From an uncultured delta proteobacterium (GTDB taxonomy: Bacteria > Myxococcota > Myxococcia > Myxococcales > Anaeromyxobacteraceae), in the NCBI GenBank assembly GCA_963814585.1, contig CAWFDF010000004.1, positions 512,001 to 576,000 on the forward strand: DNA of 64,000 bases. The letters run 5' to 3'. This document shows positions 1 to 10,675 of the stretch, in pieces; position 1 is the stretch's first letter; every line of letters starts with the position of its first letter. The notes under the pieces are model-generated. The model was given only the letters and a program-made list of their open reading frames with translations. It was not told the DNA's origin and made no database searches. The position numbers were made by a program, and so were the translations under genes.

Positions 1-3000
1 GAACGTCATCTCGAGCCCGAACCGGACCGACAGCGGGAGCTGGTAGGCCGTCGCCTTGGCGAAGTTCGGGTTGATGGTGGCCGCCAGGCCGTCGGTGGTC
101 TTCATGTACTGCAGGGTCGGGCAGTCGGCGAGGGCGCCGGCGATGGGGTCGGACTTGCTGGCCGCGTTCCTGCTCGAGCACTGGCCGCCGATGATGGGCA
201 GCGTGGAGTCATAGGTCCAGTTCTCGTCGACGGTGACCGCCTTCTGCTGGTTGAGGAGGTTGAAGATGTCCACCGTGAAGGCCACCTTGTAGGGCGGGGT
301 GATGGTGTAGGAGATGCCACCCCTCAGGTCGAAGGCGGTCAGGGTGGGCGTGCGGCCCGCCGAGCCGCGGGGCAGGCCGTACCCCTCGCCCTCGCCGTAG
401 TCGACGTGGGCGATCAGGTAGTTGACCGGCGTGCCGCTGGTGACGCGGAGGCCGGCGCCGGTGTTGACCTGGAGCTTGGGGCCGAAGTCCCAGGCGTAGG
501 AGCCGTAGGCCTTGAAGGAGTGCGGCATGTCGCCCGGCAGCGGGCCATCGCTGTTGGCGAGCAGGCTGGCCAGGTCGTACGTCGAGTTGATGCCGGGGTC
601 GAACTGGCCGGACTCGGGGCGGAAGTAGCCGGTGTAGTTGCCGCGCAGGCTGGAGTACGTGTAGGAGACCTGCGCCAGCCAGTTGTTCGAGAAGTTCTTC
701 TTGGCCAGGATGGTGAAGCCGTCGTAGTCGCGCACCGGCTTCGGGAACGGGACCTGGAAGGTGCGGCCGGTGACCGCGTCGGTCGAGGTCGCCATGGTCG
801 GGTCGAAGATGAAGCCGGTGCCGTCGTCGAACGGCTTGCCGGTGCCGGGGTTGGCGATGGCGGCGTGGACGAAGTCGTCCGGCGACATGTCCTCGATCAC
901 CGGGCCCTGGCGGCGGCCCTGGTACTCGAACCCGAGGGAGAAGTCAGCCATGAGCTCGTACTCGAACGAGCCGCTGAACATGTCGACGTAGGGCGACTTG
1001 ATGTCCGGGGCGACCGGGACGATGCCAGGGGAGTACGGCGTGTAGGTATAGACTCCGTAGGTGTTGGACCGGTAGAAGCCGTCGGCCTGGGGGCAGTTCT
1101 CGGGAGCGCCGTTCAGCGCGTTCTTGTCCGTGCCGGGGAGGAGGGCATCGACCACCGCCTGGCACTCGGGACGGTAGGCGCGGATCTGGGTCTCTCCGCC
1201 GAAGGAGCGGTCGGACATGTCGAGCGGGAAGGAGGCGTAGAAGCGGCCGTAGCTGGCGGCCACCTTCGACCGGCCCTGCTTGGTGAAGTCGTAGATGGCC
1301 TGGAGGCGCGGGCCGACGCTATTGTTGATGGAGAAGCCGGTGCCCGGCTGGTCCGGGACGCTCATGTCCTGGCTCTCCCAGCGGACGCCGATGTTGAGGG
1401 TCAGGCCATCGACGAAGTTGGGCGACCAGCTGTCCTGCAGGTAGTAGCCGGCGATGTTCGACTGCGAGGAGACGGTGAGCCGCCCGCCCGGAGCGTCGAC
1501 GGCCGAGAGCCGGTCCGGAGCCACCAGGCCGTAGCGCCGGTAGTCCTGGAACCAGATCGGGTAGCCCGGATTGAAGGGGCCGGGGGCGACGACGGCGGGG
1601 TTGGTGCCGGCCGTACCCGCGGTCACGCGCCGCTCGAAGAGGTAGGCGCCGCCCGGCAGGTTGGCGTTGTTCGGGCCGGAATAGGCCTTGGAGTGGTCGT
1701 AGTTGGACTGCTGGATGTCGATGCCGCCCTTGATCTGGTGGTTGCCGGCCGCCTCGGCGAAGTAGGTGAGGGCCGCCTTGCCGGCGAACCGGCTGATGGT
1801 GGTCTCGTCGATGTAGCCCGAGCCGCCGGTGGCGTAGTTGGTCACGGTGCAGGGGTTGAAGCCGCCAGGACCCGGATCGCAGAGCGCATGCTGCCCGGCG
1901 TTCTCGAAGTCCTCCAGGCTGTGGGTCTGGGTCCAGATGACCGTGGAGGTCTTGCCGCCGTCGATGCCGTTTGTCGTGACCGGCCGGTTGGCCTGGTTCT
2001 GGCCGTGGTAGCCGCCGGTCAGCTCGAGCTGCAGCTTCTTGTCGAGGAACTTCGAGGTGTAGCGGGCCACCACGTCCATGAAGTCATCCTGCTGGTCGTA
2101 GGCCCCGGCCGAGCGGGCGGTGTTCGCGGTGCCATACCCCTGGGAGCCGACCCCGGTGGCGGTCTGCGGGACGTAGAAGACCGACAGGGCCACCTGGTTG
2201 TTCTCGTTGAAGAGGTAGGTGAGCTTGCCGACCACCTGGTACTGGGTGATCTTGTTGGTGTAGGTGCTCTCCGAGCCCGGGACCACGGTCCCGAGCGAGA
2301 AGCCGTCGGCGCCGGTGACCTTGGTGTCCACGAACGGGTCGGCGGTGGTCCCGGTGCCGGTCTGGTGTACTGGGTCGCCTGGGCGTAGCGGTCGTAGGTG
2401 TTGGCGGTGAGCCGCGGCGCAAAGCCGGCGAAGAACCAGAGCCGGTCCTTGAGGATGGGGCCGCCCACTTCGAAGCCGAAGTCGGCCTGGTAGGTGCTGC
2501 CGTCCACCACCAGCTTGCGGGCCAGCGCCGTGGCGCTGCGCTTGATGGCCTTGGCGTCGGCGCGCAGGGCGCCGGAGTTCAGGTTGCCGAACACCGACCC
2601 GTGGAACTCGTTGGAGCCGGACTTGGTGACCACCGACACGATGCCGCCGGTGGAGAAGCCGTACTCCGGCATGAAGGAGCCGGTCTTGATGTCGATCTCC
2701 TGGACGAAGTTGTTGAGGATGTCGCCGGAGAGGTTGCCGTAGCCGGCGTCGCCGATGTTCATGCCGTCGAGGAGGTAGCCGTTCTCCGGCGAGGAGGCGC
2801 CGGCGAAGGAGATGCCGTACTGGTCGACCTGCGCGGTCGGCGCCGTGACGGCCACGCCCTCGAAGCCGCGGGTGCCCGGGACGGTGGAGAGGAACTCGCG
2901 GGAGACCACGGTGCCCGACTCGGCCGAGCCGACGTTGATCACCGGGGCGATGCCGGTCCTGACGACCTGCTCCTCCATCTGGACCGCCTCCGGCACCATC

Positions 3001-3326
3001 GACAGGTTGGCGCGGATGGTCTTGTCGACGCGGACCGTCAGGTCGGAGCGCTCGGCCGGCTTGAAGCCGTCGAACGAGGTGGCGAGCTTGTAGTCGCCGG
3101 GAGGAAGGAGCTGGAAGCGGAAGCCACCGGACTTGTCGGTGACGGCCGTCTGCTCGCCCTGGGCCGCGGGGCTCGTCGCCACGACGAGCGCCCCGACCAC
3201 GGGCTTGCCTGACTGGGCGTCGGTGACGACGCCGATGATGTTACCGGTGGTCTGCGCGGAAGCGACGCTCGCGAACAGCAGTGCGAGGGGCGCGACCCGC
3301 AGGAGGCGCTGCAGCTTCATCCTCAT
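1..3326 (-). CDS. oar: Oar-like TonB-dependent outer-membrane transporter (~1109 aa), one -1 indel at ~2363; stop codon probably just outside the window
   Basis: Signal peptide (ASVASA-Q), carboxypeptidase-regulatory-like N-domain, plug motifs ENGYLLDG and EYGFSTGGIVSVVTKSGSNEFHGS, GGPILKDRLWFF. After the indel the frame lines up with nt 1-3 and ends ...PLSVRFGLEMTF (terminal Phe of a beta-barrel). Confidence 0.85.
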
Positions 3327-3432
3327 ACCTTCCTCCAGGGAGAGTTCACTCGGCGACGGTCGCCGATCGGGGGGTTGCGCAGAGAGCAGGACGCTCTTTG
3401 CGCGTTTCGATCGGCGGGTGAATTTGCCGACG

Positions 3433-3462
3433 TTTGTAGGTGGCGAGTGTCGGGAATGTCAA
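3433..3462 (-). promoter_or_regulatory. Putative sigma70 promoter of the oar-like gene
   Basis: Minus strand reads TTGACA (3462-3457), an 18-nt spacer, then TACAAA (3438-3433), about 110 nt upstream of the ATG. Confidence 0.5.
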
Positions 3463-3772
3463 GACATCATCGGCTGTTGGGACTGCGGGTAGCGTCGGGC
3501 CATCCGGGACCCCAATGGCCTGATATTCTGGCGGATTCCAAAACCACCCGGGAATTCGTGTCCTTGCCCGATCCGGACCCGGTGACGACTTCACGGCGGG
3601 CGCGTGAATCCTGCGCGAGTGAATTTCCCGTGGAACCCGCACCCTCGCCCGCCCTCCAGGGGTCAGCCTCGAGGCGGGCTGAGACTGCCAGTCGAGGCCT
3701 CCGGAGCCGGCCCCGGGAGCGTGCTGGAGTGTCGTTCGGGGGACCGAGCCCCCCATTCGGCCGGATGCCGGG

Positions 3773-3801
3773 TTGACATCGTTTTTCGATCCGACTAGAC
3801 A
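3773..3801 (+). promoter_or_regulatory. Putative sigma70 promoter of tonB-exbB-exbD-exbD
   Basis: TTGACA (3773-3778), a 17-nt spacer, then TAGACA (3796-3801), 70 nt before the GTG at 3871. Confidence 0.55.
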
Positions 3802-3870
3802 GCCCCGTCCAGCCGATTGGGGCGTCAACGATCCGGGCCGAGTCTCGGCTTCCAGACCAGCGAGCGACGC

Positions 3871-4594
3871 GTGTTCGAAGAAGTCACGAAGCGACAGAGC
3901 GGGAAGTACGCGGCCCGGCGGGCCGGCTGGGTCTTTGGCTCGACCGCCTTCCAGCTCGGGCTGGTCGCCGCGGCGCTCTTCGCCGGCCAGAGGATCAAGG
4001 CCGCCATCGAGGAGAAGCCCATCGACGTGAAGTTCGTGCGCGCCGCCGCCCCGCCCAAGCCGCCGCCGCCGCCGCCCGCGGCGCCGCCCAAGCGGAAGGA
4101 CACCGGCCCCAAGCCGCCGCCCCGGCCGGATGCGCCGCCGCCACCGCCGCCGCAGGCGCTGATCCAGCCCAAGGACGTGCAGGAGGAGATGAAGGTCGAC
4201 ACCTCGCCGAAGGAGCCCGAGTACAACTACGGGCCGCAGTCCGGCGAGGGGGTGGTCGGTGGCGTGGTGGGGGCGGACCAGGTCGAGGAGGCCCCGGCCT
4301 TCGCCACCAGCGGCTACGTCAAGCCCGCCGAGAGGGAGCGTGGCTGCGTCGGCCGCTCGGTCCGCATGCCCGCGCGACCTGCAGGGCATCGTCGCCAGCA
4401 TGACCATCAAGTTCGCCGTGGGCCGCGACGGGCGCCCCAGCCGCTTCGAGGTGCTCACCGACGTGCCCGACAAGCGGATCGCCGAGGCGGTCTGGCAGGC
4501 CGTGCAGGGCTGCCCGTTCCCGCCCGGCCTCGACTCCCGCGGCCAGCCCCAGCTGATCTGGATGATCCTGCCGATTCGCTTCACCAGCGGGTGA
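3871..4594 (+). CDS. tonB: Energy transducer TonB, one +1 indel at ~4370
   Basis: N-terminal TM helix, poly-Pro spacer (PPKPPPPPPAAPP), GVVGGVVG motif. The TonB_C domain (IKFAVGRDGRP...PIRF) continues in the ORF-track frame ending at 4594. Lies directly upstream of exbB. Confidence 0.8.
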
Positions 4595-4651
4595 CCGAAG
4601 CCTCCCCGCCCCCACGCTTTCCGCTGCTCTCCCCTTCCGGAGGTATCACCG

Positions 4652-5407
<756 letters not shown>

Positions 5408-5458
5408 CCGGTCCCGGCGGCCACTCGCCGCCGGCCCGCCTCGCCAAGGGACCGGACC

Positions 5459-5917
5459 ATGTCCATGGACGTCGGCTCCAAGTCGGTCCGCAGCGACATC
5501 AACGTCACGCCGCTCGTCGACGTGGTGCTGGTGCTGCTCATCATCTTCATGGTGATCACGCCCATGCTCCAGCGCGGCAAGCCGGTGACGCTGCCGGACG
5601 CCAAGCACGTCTCCACGCTGGGCAAGGGCGGCGACCCCATCCTGCTCTCGGTGACCCGGGACGGGCGGGTCTGGCTCGACGGCGAGGCCCACACCAAGCA
5701 GGAGCTGAAGGACGAGCAGCTCGAGGGGGAGCTCAACATCGAGCTGCAGGCCCGGCCCGGCGTGCCCATCATGGTGAAGGTCGACCGTGACGTGGAGTAC
5801 AAGCGGGTCCGGCAGGTGGTCCTCGAGGTCAGCAAGACCCACGTCATGGGCGTGAGCCTGGCGGCGTCGAAGATCGACGAGAAGCCGGCCGCCGGCGAGA
5901 AGAAGGAGGGCCAGTAG
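5459..5917 (+). CDS. exbD: ExbD/TolR biopolymer transport protein 1
   Basis: DINVTPLVDVVLVLLIIFMV motif. Confidence 0.92.
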   Translation: MSMDVGSKSVRSDINVTPLVDVVLVLLIIFMVITPMLQRGKPVTLPDAKHVSTLGKGGDPILLSVTRDGRVWLDGEAHTKQELKDEQLEGELNIELQARPGVPIMVKVDRDVEYKRVRQVVLEVSKTHVMGVSLAASKIDEKPAAGEKKEGQ

Positions 5918-5919
5918 CC

Positions 5920-6381
5920 ATGGGCATGGCGCTCGGGACCAAGAAGCCCAACTCGGACATCAACGTCACGCCGCTCATCGACGTGGTGCTGGTGCTCCTC
6001 ATCATCTTCATGGTGCTCACCCCGCTGGCCGAGAAGCAGAAGTACACGCGCGTGCCGGAGTACATGCCCGACGCCCAGCCGGTCCCGCCCGACGCGGTAC
6101 CGCCCGACCAGACGGTGCTGACGGTGATGAGCAACGGCACGGTGGTGCTCAACAAGCAGCCCATGACCATCGACGAGGCCATGGCCCTGCTCGGCCCGTC
6201 CTACGACGGCCGCCCGTCCAAGCCGCTCTTCTTCAACGCCGAGGACAAGGTGAAGTACGGCCTGGCCATGAAGGTGCTCGACGCCGCCCACGGCGCCGGG
6301 GTCAACACCATCGGCCTGATGACCGACCCGCCCATCGTGCAGAGCGAAGAGGCCCCGGCGGACGCTCCCGCACCGCAGTAG
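5920..6381 (+). CDS. exbD: ExbD/TolR biopolymer transport protein 2
   Basis: DINVTPLIDVVLVLLIIFMV motif; starts 2 nt after the previous stop. Confidence 0.92.
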   Translation: MGMALGTKKPNSDINVTPLIDVVLVLLIIFMVLTPLAEKQKYTRVPEYMPDAQPVPPDAVPPDQTVLTVMSNGTVVLNKQPMTIDEAMALLGPSYDGRPSKPLFFNAEDKVKYGLAMKVLDAAHGAGVNTIGLMTDPPIVQSEEAPADAPAPQ

Positions 6382-6460
6382 GTATCCGGCCTGGCGGGGA
6401 GCGCCACCGGCCCGGGCGGCGGCGCGCTGAAGGCGCCTCGGATCTACGGCGCGCCGCCGA

Positions 6461-7399
6461 TCACGCCTCTGCCGGCGGCAGCGCGGCCAGCACCGCGGCC
6501 AGCTCGGTCGGCAGCGGGCTCTCCACCACGACGCGGCCGCCGTCGGGCGACTCGGCCCCCAGCCGGGCGGCGTGCAGGAAGTGGCGTCCCAGCCCCGGCA
6601 GCGCCGCCGCCTCGCCGCCGTAGAGCGTGTCACCGGCCACCGGGACGCCGAGGAAGGCGAGGTGGGCCCGGATCTGGTGCATGGCGCCGGTGACGATGCG
6701 CACCCGCAGCAGCGTGTGGCGGGCGAAGCGCCGCTCCACCTCGTAGCGGGTCTCGGCGGGGCGGGGCGAGAGCCCCTTCTGGCGCAGCCGCTCCTCGGCC
6801 TGGGCGTCGGGGGCCGGCAGCACCTTGTTCCCTCGCTGCGCCAGCGGCACGGTGCAGACGCCGCCGGCGGTGACGCGGCCGCAGACCAGCGCCAGGTAGA
6901 CCTTCTCCACCACCCGCCGGCGAAGCTGGTCGTGGAGCCGCTCCCAGGCGTCGCGGTCCCTGGCGAAGAGGACGCAGCCGCTGGTCTCCAGGTCGAGCCG
7001 CTGCACCGCCCCGCCCTCGCGCGGGTCGAGCGAGGCCCCGGCGCACTCCGGGTAGCGGGCCACCACGGCGTTCGCCAGGGTCCCGGCCTCGTCGGCGTCG
7101 AGCGGGTGCACCGCCACCCCGGCCGGCTTGTCCACCACCAGGAAGCGCGGCTCCTCGAGCAGCACGGTGAGCGGCGCCCGGGGCTCGGGGGTGGGCGGGC
7201 CCCGCGGCGGCTCGACCGTGATCTCGACCACCATCCCGGGCTCGGCCGGCCCGGCAGGACGGACCCGCCGGCCCTCCACCCGCACCTCGCCGAGCGCGAA
7301 GGCCCGCTTCACCGCGGCGCGCCCCAGCCCCAGCGTGTCGGCCAGCGCCCGGTCGAGCCGGCCCGCGGCGCCGGCGGGGAGCGTGACGGTTCGCCTCAC
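6461..7399 (-). CDS. RluA/RluD-family pseudouridine synthase with S4-like N-domain
   Basis: RLDRAL, VVDKPAG, QRLDLETSG (catalytic Asp), TGAMHQIRAH, GDTLYG, LHAARL. GTG start overlaps the upstream TGA. Confidence 0.9.
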   Translation of the reverse strand: MRRTVTLPAGAAGRLDRALADTLGLGRAAVKRAFALGEVRVEGRRVRPAGPAEPGMVVEITVEPPRGPPTPEPRAPLTVLLEEPRFLVVDKPAGVAVHPLDADEAGTLANAVVARYPECAGASLDPREGGAVQRLDLETSGCVLFARDRDAWERLHDQLRRRVVEKVYLALVCGRVTAGGVCTVPLAQRGNKVLPAPDAQAEERLRQKGLSPRPAETRYEVERRFARHTLLRVRIVTGAMHQIRAHLAFLGVPVAGDTLYGGEAAALPGLGRHFLHAARLGAESPDGGRVVVESPLPTELAAVLAALPPAEA

Positions 7400-7980
7400 G
7401 GTGACCCCCGGTGCCGGGGCGTCCGCATCCGGACCAGCCCGTAGTAGAGCTGCCGCTCGGTGTAGACGCGCCGCTCCGGCCCTCCCCCGCGCCGGCGGCC
7501 GGCAGGCCGCTCGAGCCACATGCGGGCGCGGGCCAGCCCCTGGTGCGCGAAGGGCGCCAGCAGCTCGGGCGGCGCCTCGGCGAGGTAGCGCCGCCGCAGC
7601 GCCCGGATGCGGCGCCGGTAGGCCGCGGGCGCCAGCCGGTCGTGCCTCCGCGCGCCGTGGAGCGTGCCGTCGAAGCGGCGCGACGCGTGGTAGAGCTCGT
7701 GGAGGATGGTCTCGATCCGCTCCACCGGCGTCGAGTCGAGGAACCAGAGCGGCCGGAGCGTGATCACGTAGCGGACCTCTCGACCGCGCACCTCGACCCT
7801 CTGCCCATGCCCGGCGCTGGCGCCGGCGAACGGCCGGATGGTGGCCCGGGAGGCGCGCCGGGCCTCGCCGGCCACCACCAGCACGCGGGAGGACCGGACA
7901 TGGGCCAGCTCGGGAAGGCGCGCGGCGACATCGCGGACCAGCCGCTTCACCGCCAGGGTCACGTTGAGCCGGGCCGCCAT
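7396..7980 (-). CDS. Putative HExxH zinc metallopeptidase
   Basis: ETILHELYH motif; translationally coupled to the RluA-family gene by a GTGA overlap. Confidence 0.65.
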   Translation of the reverse strand: MAARLNVTLAVKRLVRDVAARLPELAHVRSSRVLVVAGEARRASRATIRPFAGASAGHGQRVEVRGREVRYVITLRPLWFLDSTPVERIETILHELYHASRRFDGTLHGARRHDRLAPAAYRRRIRALRRRYLAEAPPELLAPFAHQGLARARMWLERPAGRRRGGGPERRVYTERQLYYGLVRMRTPRHRGSP

Positions 7981-8088
7981 GGGTGGCTCGAGCATCGCCG
8001 CCTCCCGGCCCGCCGCCAAGGGCCGGAGCGCGGATTCGACGGGTCTCGCCTTGAACACCCCTTTCGGGATCGGTAGCATGCCCCTCTC

Positions 8089-8397
8089 ATGACGACCCTG
8101 CTCCTCCTGCTCGCGGCCTCCGGCGCCATCGCGCTGCTCGCCGTCCAGGCCCGGAGCGCCCGGCGCCGGGAGGCGGACCTGCGCGAGCAGGTCGGCGGTC
8201 TCGCGATGCGGCTCGACCAGCTCCACCTGAGGCTCGAGGTGTCGGAGCAGGACCTCGCCACGGCCCTGTCGCAGACCGGCGTGGCCGAGGGACTCCTGCT
8301 GGAGAAGGGGATCGCCGACGCCGAGGAGGTGGAGGACATGCGCCGCCGGCTCGAGAGCGACGGCGCCGCCCCTGGCGAGGGCGACGTCATCCACTGA
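8089..8397 (+). CDS. Small membrane-anchored coiled-coil hypothetical protein
   Basis: N-terminal hydrophobic helix, heptad-rich middle region, GC3-rich codons. Confidence 0.65.
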   Translation: MTTLLLLLAASGAIALLAVQARSARRREADLREQVGGLAMRLDQLHLRLEVSEQDLATALSQTGVAEGLLLEKGIADAEEVEDMRRRLESDGAAPGEGDVIH

Positions 8398-8496
8398 TGG
8401 CGCGGCCCGATCGCGCCGCCTTCAGGCTCATCGCGCGGCCTTCAGGCCGCGCCATCCGAACCTGCCAGCACCCGGGTCGGCGAGCCGATCCCGCTC

Positions 8497-8910
8497 TCAC
8501 CGCCTCGGTGATCTCGGCGACCTCCTGGTCTTCGGCGGGGTCCGGCGCGCCGGCCTCGCCGTCTCCCCCGCCTCCCTCGGAGCGGGCTCGAACCTCGGCC
8601 TCCTCGGGTGCTTGCGGTAGACGAGGATGGTCCGGCCCAGGACCTGCGCGACCTGCGCGCCGGGCCCGGCCGCCACCCGCGCCGCCGCCTCGAAGCGGTC
8701 CTCCGGGCTCTCCGACCCCACCTTCACCTTGACCAGCTCGTGGGCCAGCAGCGCCTCGTCGAGCTGCTGGAGCACCCCGGGCGTCACCCCGTCCTTGCCG
8801 ATCTGCACCACCGGCGAGAGGTGGTGGCCGGCGGCCCGCAGCGCCTTGCGGAGGCGGGAGGCCGGCATGAGGGACTGCTTCTTCGGGTTGCTGGAGGTGG
8901 GCACGGTCAC
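8497..8910 (-). CDS. yhbY: YhbY/CRM-domain RNA-binding ribosome assembly protein
   Basis: LRAAGHHLSPVVQIGKDGVT...HELVKVKV...QVLGRTILVYR. GTG overlaps the upstream stop. Confidence 0.9.
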   Translation of the reverse strand: MTVPTSSNPKKQSLMPASRLRKALRAAGHHLSPVVQIGKDGVTPGVLQQLDEALLAHELVKVKVGSESPEDRFEAAARVAAGPGAQVAQVLGRTILVYRKHPRRPRFEPAPREAGETARPARRTPPKTRRSPRSPRR

Positions 8911-10668
8911 TTCCTCAGGTACTTCAGCTCGCGCTGGAGATCGACGTGATCCGGCGACATCGCCAGGCCGCGCTTGAGGTGCCTCTCGGCGAGCGCGAGG
9001 TCGCCGATGATCTTGGCCATCTGGCCGAGGAACAGGTAGCCCGCCACGCAGCGCGGGCTCCTCTTCAGCCCCGCCTCGATGGCGCCGGCGGAACGGGGGT
9101 GGACCTTCCGCTTCTCCGGGGCGCCGACGAACTCGCACCAGGCCAGCCACATGCCGTACTCGGCCTCGTCCGGGTTGAGCCTCATGGCCTCGGTGAACTT
9201 GGCGGCGGCCTCCTCGTACTGGCGCGCCTTCACCAGCAGCGTGCCGTTCTGGAAGACCGTCTCGGCCTGGAGGATCCCCATGACGTCGACGGCGACACCG
9301 GCGCCGGTCCTGAGGTCATCGGCGTACTGGGCGCGCTTGGCGTCGTCGCCGAGGATCCCCAGGCCTCGCCGATGCGCGAGAACAGGTCGGCGCAGAGCTT
9401 CTTCACCGCGGGGGAGGCGTTCACCGCCACGGTGTCGGGGTGGTAGGCCTTGGCCAGCTGGAAGTAGGCGATCTTGATCTGGGCCGCGCTGGCGTCGGGG
9501 GCCACCCCCAGCACCTTGAAGTGATCGGCGTCGGCATAGCTGGCGAGCAGCGCCTGCAGCGAGGCCTCGTCGGCCACCGGGGCGGCCCGCGCCGGCGGCG
9601 CGGCGGCCGGCCGTGGCGCGGGCGGAGGCGTCCGGGGGGCCGCGGCGGGTGGACGCGGCGTGGCGGGTGTCGGCGCGGCGACAGGCGGCGCCGGCGCGGG
9701 CGGGGGCCCTGGTGGTGGCGCCGCGGCCACCGGGGGTGGCGGCCGTGCCGGGGCGCTGGGGACCGGGGCGGTGGCGGCGGGCACGGGCGGCTGCGGCGTC
9801 GGCGCGGCGGTCCTGACGCGCGGCGGTCCGAAGGACAGCAGCTCCACCTCCGCCAGCAGCAGCGCCACCCGGAGCACCATGGTGGCGTCGGCGCCGCGGA
9901 GTCGCGCCAGGTCGGAGAGCCGGGTCCCGTCGAAGGCGGCGGCGGCCCGGGCCTCGGCCGGGCCCAGCCGGAGGTCCTCCACCCTGACCCGCCCGGCGAT
10001 CTGGCTGGCGCCGAGCTGCTCCCTCGGTCCCAGCCGGCGCACCACCGCGGCGGCGTCGAAGGCGCGAACGGCCGCGCCCAGCATCACCCAGGGTGAACCC
10101 ATGGGGAAGGCGCTGGGTGGCGGCGCCACCCCGGGCTCCCAGCGCCAGCGCCCGGCCTCGACGCCCAGCGCCCGCGTCACCAGCTGCGCACCGTGCTCCT
10201 GGATCAGCCGGACCAGGTCGGCGCCGTTGACGAGCTTGCGGGTGACCAGCACCCCCACCAGGTCGCCGCCGGGGCCGGCGGCGGCCACGGCCTCGTCCAT
10301 CTGCTCGGGCCGGACCACGCCACGATGGACGAGGTACCCCGGCAGGCCGTCGTCCGGGCTGGAGGTGGTGACGTGCTCCAGCACCCCCTTGCGGAAGGTG
10401 AGCGAGTAGGCCGAGCCCTCCGGGGCCAGGGTGAGCCGCCCGGAGGCGCCGGTGGAGGCCGCCAGCGCGAAGAGCCGCAGCGTGCTCTCGGCGCCGAGGT
10501 CGCCCTCCATGGGAAGGCCGACGGCGAGGGCCGCGTCGGCGGTCACCCGGGGCGCCCCGAGGCCGCGGCTGGCCCCCGGCGCCACGGCCTGGCCCGGCGG
10601 CGGAGCCCGGTCCAGGCGCGGCGGCGAGGCCGGCGCGGGAGCCGGCCGGGGCTTGGGGGATCGGCCAC
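8907..10668 (-). CDS. DUF4388-like + Pro-rich + DnaJ + TPR multidomain protein, two -1 indels (~10657, ~9358)
   Basis: J-domain HFKVLGV...LAKAYHPD and C-terminal TPR-like helices. Adding one base to each of two G/C runs gives a continuous protein from MADPPKPRPAP to ELKYLRK. Confidence 0.8.
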
Positions 10669-10675
10669 GGAGGCG

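Noticed and set aside
406..2388. 660-aa + strand ORF
   Set aside because: Antisense shadow of the oar-like gene; high GC removes stop codons.
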